Shown here piece by piece: positions 39,097 to 52,329 of a DNA stretch of 64,000 bases. Each line of letters starts with the position of its first letter. The first letter of the stretch is position 1. A model generated the notes under the pieces. The model worked only from the letters and a program-made list of their open reading frames with translations, had not been told where the DNA came from and made no database searches. The stretch spans positions 147,064,001 to 147,128,000 of the forward strand of contig OZ024742.1 in assembly GCA_964016885.1 (NCBI GenBank), read 5' to 3'. Source of the stretch: Eledone cirrhosa. Lineage: Eukaryota. A program made the position numbers and the translations under genes.

Positions 39097-41464
39097 TTAA
39101 TTGTTTAAGAAAACAGTTCAATATTTAATCAGCTATCTCTGGATAAAACTGACTTATTTTCTATCTTTTCTGATTTTGCCCTCATCAATAGACAGTGAGT
39201 AATAGATTGCATTCAGGTGGTTAGCTCAATTTTCCCATCAATAATTCAATAGGAAATCAATGTGAAAGAACCTTCGTCATGATTGCTAATTGAGAGTTGA
39301 GAAAGAGAAAGACACTTAGTAACATCACTATGTTGTTGGAATTTACGTTGTTATTTCAGGTTTAGATATATAAAAAAAAAAAGAACAAGTATTGAACAGG
39401 ATACAATGAATTATAGAAATCTGTCAATCATTAAAACACAATATCAGTATCATTTTTACAAAAGAAAAAAATATTTTTCGATCTGGCCTAGTATTTACTG
39501 AAAAGATTTTAAAAAATTGAGAATATTAGTTAGGCGAGTTGATTAAAAATACAAAGGATAGTAAAGTATGCATAATTGATAGACACAAAACTAAAGTGAT
39601 AGTACAGGTAGAAAGAGACTTACTTGACCACAATGTAAGACCTATTGGAGGATTGACATGAGGTTGAAAGGAATTTCTGATATGTTTCAATTCACTCTTA
39701 ATATCATCATTATTATCACGGTTTAACGTCTATATTTTCCATGCTTGCATAAGTTAGATATGCTGTCACATACTGAGGCTAGATATGTCAGATTCCCTTT
39801 TTAATGCCTACCACATTACAGCATATACAGGGAGCATTTTATTAAGACTTCAACACTACATCCTTACAGAGTGGACTATATGATTTTTGTTGTGGCACCA
39901 GCACTACCACCTTACAGTGTTAATTCAAATGTTTATAGTATCTTTACTATTGGATAGATCTTTGGAAAAATGTGTAATAACGTGATACAGTCATAAAGCT
40001 GTTTTGCACTTTTCAAGAATGTCTTGCTAATACAATTTCATCTGGTACAGAATGCTAAGAAGTAAGTATAGAAATATGTTAACATGTTGGTCTAACCCAT
40101 GCAAACTGATCATGATGGTAATAAGGAGAGTAGCTAGATCTGTCAGAGAACTAATAACCCTTATTTCTGATAAAAGTAACTGACAATACTTTTGAAATAT
40201 TTTTGGAAATAATCCAGAATTTGGAAGGATTTAGTAAAATAACTTTCTCATCTAGAGTTTTATGATGGAAGGTTTTTAGATAAATATATACATTTTAAAA
40301 TAAACAAAACTGGAATGGTTTCAAACAATGTGGTATCAAAAGGGTTATTAAATGTGCTCATTCCTATTTATATTTGAATTTTCTAATGACTAGATCTGTA
40401 GTACTTAAGAAACATTTGTATGATCAAGAACTATTTTTTAAATGTTAGCTATGCTATGCGAGTTATTTTACATCATTTTTCCATATTTGAAAAAAGGTTG
40501 GATATAATCCAGAGTTTATCCTGGTTTCATGAGTGTTACATGACTAAGACACTTCTCCCAGTCTGTAGCAGGGCTAATCCCCAAGTACTCATTTTCAATT
40601 GAGTGAACTGAAGCAACATGAAATGAAGTGCCTTGCTCAACATCATGGCATAACACTTTGTCTTAGAATCAAACTTACAATCTTATGATCGTGAGCCCAA
40701 TATCTCAACCACTAGGTCACATACCTATTAAATGAGCCATACATATGACATTTAGTAAATTCAAAAAAAAAACCATTACACTATTTAAACCATGAAAACA
40801 AAATGAAACGAAATTTACAGTTCACACCTATGCAGATTTAGCTGACCCCCTTTGATGTTGTATCTAATAGGCTTCTCGGGTGTTTTAATAATAAGGGCCT
40901 TGGTCTTATCATGAAAATCAATGCAAAACAAATTGACTTCCCCCAAGAACACAATGTGCCACCCATGATGGTGAGTCTAAACCATACAAAACAAGCAAGT
41001 CTGAGGTAAATTTATTCTGCCCCAAGATATTGTCAAATGTGATTGCAACAGTTTAACTGGGGTTAATAACAGAAGCAAACACCTCAAACTTCTGCACCAG
41101 CCACTGCACACTTCTGTGGCAAGCACTATGCACTTCTGCAGTAAACACTGCACAAGACTGCAGTTTGATAGCTGCAACGCACTCTCAGTGGACTTGACTC
41201 AATTTCCTGATAGTCACACTATTTCTATTAACCTTTAGCAGACGAGATTTTTTTAAAGAATTGCTTCCCTTGACACTGCATTATGTATTAAGGAGAGATT
41301 ACTCTATCGGCGACTTAATACGCCCGGAGTGTCCATAAGGTTAAAACATTCAATTATTTCATAACTGTCCAAGAATTCACTCAAAAACTCAATTCTTGAC
41401 CTTCCACTGTCCTGCAAAAATTTGTATTGTCAGAGACAGGAAAATGAAAGCTACATGAACTTGT

Positions 41465-41678
41465 TAAGGATGGTGGATAGTAGAATTTGTAGAGCATCAA
41501 AGAAAATGCCTTTGCAGTATTTATTCTGGCTCTTTAAATTCTGAGTTCAAATACCACCAAGGTCAACATAGCCTTTCATCCTTCTGGGGCTCAATAAAAG
41601 TTAAGTATTGGGGTCAATATAATCGACTTTTTCCTGCCCTCAAATTGCTGGCCTATGCCTAAATTAGTAACCATTATT
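41465..41678 (+). mobile_element. Meta-domain SINE, older copy
   Basis: GAGTTCAAATACC B-box and GCCTTTCATCCTTCTGGGG core. Confidence 0.78.
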
Positions 41679-41833
41679 TCTTGGTGTCAAAATGTTCATC
41701 ATATTACTTGTGACCTAGCCACTGAGACAGTTCCACTGAATTGCTAAAATGACTTCTACACTGTAATTGCTTTAGTTTCAACACATGGTCTCAAATCAAG
41801 TCACTTACCAGATAAGTACATTTCTGAAATATT

Positions 41834-42041
41834 GGTTTCTTATATAGGCCAGCTATTTTGGGGGAAGGGGAAAGTTGATTAAATCGACCCCAGTGCATGA
41901 CTGGTACTTTATTTTATCGACCCCGTAAGGATGAAAGGCAAAGTTAACCTCGGCGGGATTTGAACTCAGCTCATAAAGGGCCGTAACTCTTTGCTGCAAA
42001 GCATAGCGTCCGACACTACCGATACTGCCAATCCACCACCA
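41834..42041 (-). mobile_element. young full-length Meta-domain SINE with 17-bp TSD
   Basis: TACATTTCTGAAATATT is duplicated at 41817-41833 and 42042-42058. Head GGTGGTGGATTGGCAGTATCGGTAG, B-box GAGTTCAAATCCC, CpGs intact. Confidence 0.92.
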
Positions 42042-42764
42042 TACATTTCTGAAATATTAGGTACCATCAATGCTACCACCCTGACAAATATAATTAAGAT
42101 ACATTTCTCCCACCTGGTTCAACTGAACATATGTGTGTGAGAGAGTGTAAGATTGGTAGGAATTAATATATGTTGGGAGGTTTTTGTAGTAGTAGTAGGT
42201 GTGTGTGTGTGTGTGTGGTGTGTGGTGGGGGGTATGACACAGACACATTAATAGCATCCTTATGCATATAAACGATCGAAAAGGGTGTCCTATAGGAAAA
42301 TCAATGGTTTATTAACCAACTTTGATCCCCAGGTAGGATAACTTCAGGTATATAGAATAAAATAAAAAAAAGAAAAGGAAATTTACAGCTCAACTATGCT
42401 ATGGGGTTTCATCCCATTGAGGCTTCTTAAGAGTTTTAACCCCCCAATGTATGATGTTAAATTTGAAAAGAAGCATCTTGATCAAGAATACAATGCACCA
42501 CCCAGTCCTGGAACTGAACATATGACCTTATGATCCTGAGTCTATCACTAACTATTAAGCCTTCATGAACTTCAGGTATATATCTAATACTTGAGGGAAA
42601 CATGAACATCACAACTTCCAATTTATGAGTACATAAGATATGCAGCGACATATATAGCATCATCATTTAACATACATTACCCCTGCGAGCAAGGCTTGAA
42701 CAGGTCATCATAGACTAAGTCAGTACTTAATCAGAGTCACTGACATTTCAGAACACATATGAGA

Positions 42765-43030
42765 GAGAATGGAAGAAAAAGAGATCCTAGAAGGGCTGGT
42801 ATCAAGCTTCAGCACTGAGAGCTGCAACAGTCCCCACTGCAAAACACAAATAGGCTCACTCTCCCCATCAAGAGTATTGACTAAACACTGCAGTAGCTTA
42901 AGGTTTAAAGGCCCACAGCTCTTCAATATGTTGTCAAAAACATTAAGGTAGCTACACAGATTGTGGATGTAAATGTCAAGGAGTACTGAAACATTTTGCT
43001 ACCTAACACATCAGATCAGCATTGTTTAAC
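42765..43030 (+). mobile_element. CR1/L2-group LINE 3' fragment
   Basis: ILEGLV..CK..KHCSSLRFKGPQLFNMLSKTLR resembles the KILEGLVP..GPQLFN.LP..LR C-terminus of such ORF2 proteins. Confidence 0.65.
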
Positions 43031-44249
43031 TCTTCTGACACCAAACCACCTAAAAGTAATAATAATGGCTTCTAATTTATGCACAAGGTCGACAATTTTG
43101 AGAGGAAGGAAAGTCAATTATACCGACCCCAGTTCTTTACTGGTACTTCATTTTATCAACCCTGGAATGATGAAAGACAAAGTTCGCCCCAGCAAGATTT
43201 AAAACTAGAGTGTAGAGAACCATAACAAAATACTGCAATGCTTTATATCCAATGCTCTAATTTAGAGACAAAGACAGCAATTAGGGGCAGAGAGGGAGGG
43301 AAGGTCAATTAAATAGACATTGTAAGTGATAAAGGGGAAATAATGAGCCACATTAAATCAAATCAATGAAGGTGTTGTATGACACAATATTATCAAACAT
43401 TGAGTTAGAGATTTAGATGAGTTAGAATTTGAATATAATTACATAATTTAAAGTGACTTAACATTTTAGTACATAATTACAAAAATATTTCATGGAGCTA
43501 TACATAGGTAAAAACTAATATTTGAAATGACAACAGACATTACATTAAATAAATTTAAATTAAATTTATATTCCTGAGAAGATTCTTCCCCACAAATATT
43601 TATGTTTACTAGAACTCATCACAACTTGTTTGTTAATTAAAACAAAAAATAAAATTCTTATGCAATATAATTACAATGTAAATATAATCAAAGCAGATAA
43701 TTACTTTCATTTTCAAGGTAGATTATAGGAAATGTTACCTGCATCAGTTTATTATGTATGGTTTGTCACATTTTTAGATTGATTAGATAAATACACCAGT
43801 ACACTGGTAGGTAGGATTATAGTAACTATTATATCTATGCACTAGCACCTTGATAAGTAAGTCTATAATTATATATATAGGTACATTAGTAGATGAATAA
43901 ATGAATGAATGAACCTCCATTGGTTTCAACAATGAGTGTACTAGTTCAAACAATGGAAGAGCCTGCTAATGAAATTAACGTGTAAGTGGCTGGGCATTCC
44001 ACAGATGTGTGTACCCTTAATGTAATTCTTGGGAAGATTCCGTATGACACTGTGTGACAAGGCTGGACCATTGAACTACAGGTACAGTTCATCCGACGAG
44101 CTTTCAACAGTTTCCGTCTACCCAATTTCACTCACAAGACAAGAGTCAACCAGAGACTGAAGTAAATGATACTTGCTCAAGATACCACAGTGGGATTGAA
44201 CCTGGGACCTAATGATTACAAAATAAGCTTCTTAACCATTTACCTGCAC

Positions 44250-44650
44250 ATTAGCAGATAGGAAGGTGCAATAATAAGCATGCGCATGTGTGTTGGATGT
44301 GCAATGCAAATGTGAGAAAAGGGCAGAGCTTGGACAAGTTGAGAAAGAAGCTGGGTTTAAGAGGAATCCAAGGTGGTGTGCAGGAGAGAAGACTGCATTG
44401 GTTTGGACATGTGATGTGCATGGACAATGATTGTTGGGTGAAGAAGTGCCAGGAAATGCCAGTGGAACGAAGCAGTGGTAGAGGTAGACCAAGAAAGACC
44501 TGAGCAGAGGTTGTGAGAGCTGACCTCAAATCACTGACACGCACAGAGGTGATGACTAAAGATTGCAACGCGTGGAGAGATGCCATGCTGAGAAGGACCT
44601 GTCTAACCCATGCAAGCATGGAAAAGGATAAAAACGATGATAATGATATA
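44250..44650 (+). mobile_element. RTE-clade LINE 3' end
   Basis: WMCNANV..LRKKLGLRGI..VQERRLHWFGHVMCMD..WVKKC..GRGRPRKT*AEVV..DL..WR, then the tail ACCCATGCAAGCATGGAAAA..(GAT)n. Confidence 0.9.
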
Positions 44651-46306
44651 TGATTATACATATATATATATATATATAATCATCATCATCATCTTCGTTT
44701 AACGTCCATTTTCCACGCTAGCATGGGTTATCGATATATATATATATATATATATATAGATAGATACATTAGTAGATAGGTAGAAAGAAGTGCAGTAACT
44801 AGTATAGATCAGTACATTAGTAGGTAGGTATATAATAACTGTTAGAGACTGAAAAGACCATACTAAATCAATGAAAAATAGACATCTCATTAGACATAAC
44901 CAATTTTCCACACGTAAAGAGTTTATATTTCATTAGTAAGATATCTAAATTAAATAATCAACAATTACTAATTATCATTGTTTACATTCATTCCTAGAAA
45001 TCGAGACTAAAGCAAGTTTTTTTTTTTTTTTTTACAAACTATGCCTTCTAGTCATTTTTGTAGAGGAAACATGACAGTAGTCTTGATTCAATGATCTTTC
45101 AAATTAAAGGAATACTTCAAACAGAATACCTTCCACTTTTAGCCCTTTTATTACCTTATTCCTAATAAAATATGTTGTAGTTATTGTTACAACTCACACC
45201 TATATAGGTTTAGCTGACCTGCTATGAGGTAGTATCAGATAGGACGGTGTTTTAATAACAAGGACCCCAGTCTTATTATGAAAAGGCTCCCCACTGGACA
45301 GGACACTAGTCTGTTGCAGGGATCAATCTCAAACTGCTGCTGGGGCTTTTTTTTTACAGCTCAGACTGGAGCAACATGATGTGTCTTGCTCAAGAACACA
45401 ATGTGCCACTTACTCTATGAACTCTATGAACTGAACCCCCTAACCTTATGATCTAGACTACAACACCCTAACCACATACCTTCACTAATAAAATACACTG
45501 AATTTCAATTAATTGATGAAGAATTTGCCCCAGCATGGTCTCAGCCTATTTTCTGGAACACATAATAGAATAATTTGGATGTATTTACTAAATTTGTTTC
45601 AAAAACCCTTTAATAAGCTATGTAGTTTAGCCAAGAGGTTTTATAAAAACAAATTTATGTTAGGTTTTAATTTAAATAGAAACATCTTATAACAGGTAGC
45701 TTTGTTTTGTAGGACAAGGTTGGCATCAAAGAGTTTAATTTGCTTCACGTTAGGGTGTGAGAATTATATCTCAACTTATACCAAATTATAAAACAGGATA
45801 ATACATGAAAAAACACTTCACAAACAAATTAGATGACAATTTTTTTCATCTCTCCATATTTTAAAGTTATTGTTTACAAAAAACACTATCCTATGGTAAT
45901 TATAGAGTTAAAGTAAACAGTAAATATAACATTATGTACAGAATAGAGTGTAGGTTAAGTTAATATTTGGTTTGTAGACATGTAACTGAATTACAGGGAA
46001 ACTAATGTAACAAAGAAGAGATGATATAAAGCCATAATGTTTGTACCTCCACTCCAAATTAAAACTGTTACAATAGTGGATTATGAAACTATAAATATAT
46101 TAATTTTTTTAAATATCTTTATTTCTTTGTCTTTTTTGTGTGTATGAAGGTTAAATGAAAAATAATTTTTTTTATATATAAATATATTTATAAACAATAT
46201 ATTTCAGTGTGTGTGTGTGTGTGAGATGTTACAAAAGACTAGTAAGATGATTATTCAATTCAGTACTCCATATATTAGAGAAAGTAGAGTATAGAAGAGA
46301 GAGAGA

Positions 46307-46307
<1 letters not shown>

Positions 46308-46370
<63 letters not shown>

Positions 46371-46430
46371 CTGTGTGTCTGTGTGTCTGTGTGTCTGTGT
46401 GTCTGTGTGTCTGTGTGTCTGTGTGTCTGT

Positions 46431-46503
<73 letters not shown>

Positions 46504-46546
46504 TCTGTGTGTGTGTGTGTGTGTGTCTGTGTGTGTGTGTGTGTGT
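46308..46546. repeat. (GT)n/(GTGTGTCT)n compound microsatellite
   Basis: Directly visible. Confidence 0.97.
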
Positions 46547-46801
46547 ATGAGATGTCCAGTGAGGGTTGGTATATCCCAACACCAACAACCATTTGTTATA
46601 TATAAAAAGTATAGTATATGGTTTAATTGAACTAACCTTTTACTACCACATTTCAAACCTATATATATTACATAACTTAGGTAGGGAGTTAACTGTGAAT
46701 AATGTCACCAGTGATTGAGTATTGAGTACTAATTTAGTTAACAACGATTTGTAAACATCAATTGATAGATGTAGAACCAAACAAAAACTAAGGGAATTTA
46801 C

Positions 46802-46923
46802 CTGAAAGATTTGACGATGGAATAAGCAGCAAAAAGGAAGTTTTCAGAGAAGCTTTTATCAACGGTGGCCTTAGTATGCATGGTCGTTGGCCAGGGGAAT
46901 GTTATTCGAGGCTGGGTTTCCAT
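46802..46923 (-). CDS. candidate alternative first coding exon (40 codons + 2 nt, phase 2), absent from the ORF track
   Basis: Strong start context AAC-ATG-G; reads METQPRITFPWPTTMHTKATVDKSFSENFLFAAYSIVKSF; ends CAG|GTAAAT; a local cluster of CpGs in otherwise CpG-poor DNA. Confidence 0.65.
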
Positions 46924-47130
46924 GTTAACTGCTACTGTATTTATCAATACTAAAGCAACAACTTACACTGCTGCTGCACAAGACGTTTTAATGAAACAAA
47001 TCCTTGTACAACAGCCAAATTTTATCGACCATAAGCAGCTAATATCATCTTTATATAGCAGCAGCAAATGAGAGAGAGAGTGAGAGGGAGCACAACTGAG
47101 GAGTTCTGCTTCTTTCCAGTATAGTATGAT
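46924..47130 (-). promoter_or_regulatory. putative 5' UTR and core promoter of the 46.8 kb exon
   Basis: Initiator-like TCAGTT (plus AACTGA 47094-47099), followed on the minus strand by (CT)n and (GCT)n, about 170 nt upstream of the ATG. Confidence 0.45.
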
Positions 47131-49460
47131 GGTTGATAAATGATCAACCAGTAATCAGACACTTGAAATAAAAATCTCCAAGTTAGAGGCTCTTTTTTCC
47201 TGTGTTCCGCTACTGTAATATTAGAGTTTGAAAAAAAGAAGTACCAAGCAGAATATTAGAGAGGTGGGAGAGGGTATACACCCACACTATTTTTAAATAG
47301 AAATTATAAATGAATTCAATGATGCGAAAATACAATGATAAGTGATAGTAAATAAAATACAATGATCAGTGATAGTAAATAAAATATTTTGTTAACGTAC
47401 TAAAGTAATAATAGCAGTTTAAATATTGAGGTAAATATTCTCTTGTCAATATTTCAAATTATATATAATTTATATTCATATTTAAGCCTTTTGATAACAT
47501 GTTTTTTAATGAAAGACACTGCCTATGATTTTCTATAATTTTGAAAATAATAATTTGGAGATATTCAGTGATATAACTTTCTCAGTATTAAGCTGTTGTT
47601 TGGAACATAAAGGTTCTCATATAAAATGTTGATGGAAGATAGATAAATATAATCACTTTAAACAAACAGCTTTGTATCATAGAACCAGAGACAGTTATTT
47701 AATATTCATATTTAACCTGTTTGATACCAACCTGGTCAAAACCAGTTCTGGTTCTATGGAACAAAACCACCCCTTTTAAAAAGTTCCTATTTTAAAATAA
47801 AACTTTTCATAAAACTTTATATAAAAAAAACCTTTTCTTAAGTTGAAAAAATAAAAGTACAAAACCTCCCTATGACAGCATCCCATTAAAAATTCAACTC
47901 TAAAAACAATGATTTGTCCACTAGTAAAGATACTAAAAATATCCGAATTAACAAATCAGCTTCTAGATATTTTCTACTCAATCAATACAAGATGTTAAGA
48001 GATAATGAAATAATTTAGTAAATCCCACCCAATTCTTCATTAATGGCATGTACTGTATCTCATTTAATTAGAGATATGGTAATTGAAAAGGTTAATGAAG
48101 AGTGTTACAAAACTATATTTAAAAAAGTGTTGATACTAAATCCCGCCAAATTCTTCATTAAATGGAATACTGTACATGTCAATAGAAATATGGTAATCAA
48201 AAAGGTTAATGAAGAGTGTTATAAAACCATATTAAAAACAAGAGTTGATAACTAGAATGTCAGGTTCAATCTCAATTAAGAGCTGACCTGTCTGCTAAAG
48301 TACTATATAAAATGTTCTCGTTGATCAATGAGTCATACCTTAGGTCACTAGCTAATACTAGCAGTGACTGCCAACTCTTGTTACAACATTCAATAATTTT
48401 CTGCAGTGATAGTTTTAAAAAACACACACACAAACTCAATTTGTATTGACTGCAGTATATCACGTAGATAAAAGCATTGAAATATTGTATTTCATCAGGA
48501 AATATAATACTATTATTACTTCTCATAGAAGTAATATGTCCACACTTAACACACTCACATACATATTTACTTAAGTCTAGAGGAAGGGGCAGTGCTCCAA
48601 CCTTCACAAGCCCACTTAGTCTGGGAAGATTGATGTTATTGATGCCCAGGTTAAATTATTGCAAGCAGGTTCACTCCTTTGGGAAAACATGAGCAAGGAG
48701 GGAGTTCTAGATGTATGTTGAAGAGAGGAAGTACCAGGTTAGTTAGTGCAGGGCACGGAAGATGGAAGGAAAGGGGATTCAAAACAAGGGTGTTATGAAG
48801 AGGAAAGATGAGCATATGATACACTTAATGTTAGTCAGACAGACCCTACAGTAAATATAATAGAAAGAAAGGAACTGAAAATATTTAATAAAAACAATGA
48901 ACAAAATATGTTTGCGACAAATAAGTGAAATAGCAAGTAAAGTACAATATTATCATCATCATTTTACATCAGCCTTTTCATGCTAGCATGGGTTGGACCG
49001 GTTGTTAAAGACCTAGATGAGTAGGATGCCACATCTAGCTTGCATGTTCCAGATTTGGCATGATTTCTACTTCCTAATGCCAACCACTTTAAAGAGTGTA
49101 ATGGGTGCATGTTATTATGGCACCAACACTTGGGCAGAAGGAGGGGGGGGGGGTCTGTCAGGTTGTTTACTTGACTGAAGAGTCCTCCCAACCCTATGTT
49201 GTTACTGATTGAATGTCTGTACCAAATGCATTTTATAGTGGTGCCAACACTAGGGAGGTTACCTTGTGCCAAGGCAAACATGTTTGAAGAGGAGTGATGG
49301 TTAAGATTGAAGAGAGATGTATGATAGATGTGGTGAGGTGAAACAGAGCAATATGAAGTAAATGGAAGATGTATTATAGGGAAGAATGAAGGGGTACAAT
49401 AATGATGAAATTAAAGAGTGATTGAGGAAACATTTGTTTTTCCTTGTTGACATTAGTTAA

Positions 49461-49504
49461 CCTGTTGACTGGCATATATATTCTACACAGCTACAGTTGC
49501 TATG

Positions 49505-49537
<33 letters not shown>

Positions 49538-49641
49538 GTAAAATGAAGTTATGAACTGTTTGGAAACAAGTTATCTTGTCTGTGGCACTGGAATGCATAC
49601 ATGTTAGGACGAGTTATCTCGTCCGTGGCACTGAAGAGGTT
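49461..49641. mobile_element. small piggyBac-type MITE, degenerate
   Basis: TTAA|CCTGTT start and AGAGG|TT end, with a repeated subterminal motif G(A)CGAGTTATCTCGTCCGTGGCACTG including the near-palindrome GACGAGTTATCTCGTC. Confidence 0.45.
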
Positions 49642-52329
49642 GGGCAAGATTTATGGGGGGGGGGGGGGGCAGATTTCTATAGCCAGGTGCTTGTTTTGCC
49701 CCCAAAACTTACTTTTTAAGTAAAGCGTGGGTCTTAGCAATGAGAAATATTTATGCAGAACAAACAAATATCACTGCTTGCAATCTGAAATGCAATAATA
49801 AAAAAAATACACATACAACAGGCTTCTTTTACAGTTTCCATCAACAAAATTTCACTCAGAAATGAAAAGAAATAATAATCATCTTTACAACCAGACATTT
49901 ACATATTACATAAAACATGATTTCTGCTAGATTTACTAGATAATCATGAAAATGTTGGTTTGGTAATAATTATACAGAATTTGAATCCTTGATCTGTTAG
50001 GTTAATGTTGGAGTCTCTTTTTTTTTCTTAATTCCTAACTAAAGAAGGAAAATTTTGAAAAAAAATTATCACTTCATTTCAAATGAATTATCTTAGCTTA
50101 TAATGATATCTAACAATTTAACATAGAAAAAGTATTTATTTCACAAACAATGTAAAAGACAGCTATCAACAGGCACAAGAATTCAAAAACTGACAATCAC
50201 AGTAAGTTGTGGTATTTTAACCTTTTCGTTACCATATTTCTAATGAAAAATACTGTCTGAAAAATACTGTCTTAAATTTTGAAAGTAATAAAAAATGTGG
50301 AGAGATTTAGAAGCTGGTCTTTTGAACATAATTTAATGAAAGTTCTGACATTATAATGGAAGATTTTTAGATAAATATAAATACTTTAAAATATAGGTTT
50401 CTATCATAAAATCAAGGCCAATTTCAGATGATTTGATACAAAACCAAAAAGAAAAAAAAATCCATATTTGTAATATAAACAGATGCAAGACATTAGAGAC
50501 TATAGGTTTTAAATATAGCTTATGGCTGGTGAAATGACAAGAGTGTTACAGCATATGACAATGGCTTGTGTTATTCCAACTCTATGTATTCTGAGTTCAA
50601 ATCCCAGCAAGGTTAACTTTGCCTGTCATTCTTCTGGGGTCAATAAACAAAGTACCATTCCAGAGTGATGGATAGTGGATTCATAAGAGCACTGAGTAGA
50701 CTGCCTTGCAGTATTTGCATTTTAAGATAAAATCTTGACAAGGCGTACTTGAGTTGTAGACATAATCTGTTGCTTGGTTTGACACCACCATCTGGTCCTT
50801 AGGAGCCTTTACTGGAATCCACTCTGTTGCAAACACTCAGAGCATGTCTCTAATTCTAAGATAAACTTCCTTTCACCTTCCTCTAGTCTAGGAGGTTAAT
50901 GACAAAGTGATCAGGAGCAATGACTTTCTTCCTAACTAGATAAGACAAAAATAACTCAATTTGAATCATGAGCAACTGAGATTTATATTCAGACATGGAG
51001 AGGTTGGGCTCCACCAGGTTTTAAATGCCATATATCACTACAACGACCCTACAACTCCACCAGGAATTACAAGTCCATATATATATATATATATATATTA
51101 TGAGAGAAACAGTCTTCTTAATAACAATTACAAACTAGAGTTTATGTTGTCTATCATCATCAGCATTTCCATCTGTTTATCCATGGTAGCATGGATTGTT
51201 ACAGTCAGTCTTTAATTGGAGTTACTGCTCTTGTAGATAGTTTGGGCAACGACACCATTCTTGTATGTTCCAATTTTGGCATAGTTTCTATGGCTGGATG
51301 TCCTACTTTCCAGAGTGTGGTGGCTGTATTTTTGTTTGCAGCCTCAGCACTAAGGAGGTTGTCATGTCCTCAACAAGATTGAAGAGTCCTCTCAACCTTT
51401 TTCAGCATGGTTTTTACAGGATACCTTCCTAATACCAACCACTTCAGAAAATGTATTGCATGCATTTTATTGTTGCACCAGTACTAGGCAAGGTGACGTG
51501 TCCTCAACAAGAGTCTTCTCTACCATATGTTGTCTCTATTTGATCATCAACCACTCTACAGAATGAACAACACACAAACAGCTTCAATTTATAAACAAAG
51601 CAAAAATTGTAATTCTAGTAGTCAGCTTTGCATAAGCCATACAAATTTAAAAGCTCAATAAATAACAGACTTCACAAATCTATCTCACCTGTACCAGCTA
51701 TGAGAAAAACTTATATTTCTGATATGTCACCTTGATACAAGTTAGGTTGACAATCAGAAAAGCAAACAATCTTTTTCATGTTTTATTCACCAACTGATTT
51801 GACAATAGTTTATTGTAGAGGGTAAGTTAGAAAAGTTATTTGAAAACATTCTTTAAAATGTAATTTTCCAAAGAGGTGTGTGTGTGGTGTGGTGTGTGGT
51901 GTGTGTGTGTGTGTGAATATGTCTATGTTTGTGTGTATGTGATAGTATGTATGTGTATATACATGGTTGCAAGTGTGTGTATGCCTTGCTGTGTGTGTGT
52001 GTGTATATATATAGTTGCAAGCATATACATGGTTGCAAGCATATACATGGTTGCAAGCATATATATGGTTGCAAGCATGATTACATGATAGCATATATGT
52101 ATGTTTACAATTGTATATATGTGTGTGTGTGTGTTAATTTACATATGTATGTGTGTATGTTCGATAATCTCTACAAGTAACTAACTTACATATAAGATTT
52201 CACCAGTGAAATAAATATAAAGTTTGTAAACTAAAAGTTGTAATTAAGATATTAGTTGTGGTTAATCAGCTTACATAGAGAGAGATAATTTAAGTAATGT
52301 ACTTACTTATGTGTACTTGTGTTGGCATT

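Noticed and set aside
39623-39680. Possible 53-nt minus-strand exon ending CAA|GTAAGT
   Set aside because: The acceptor lacks a pyrimidine tract and the nearby ATG frame stops after five codons.
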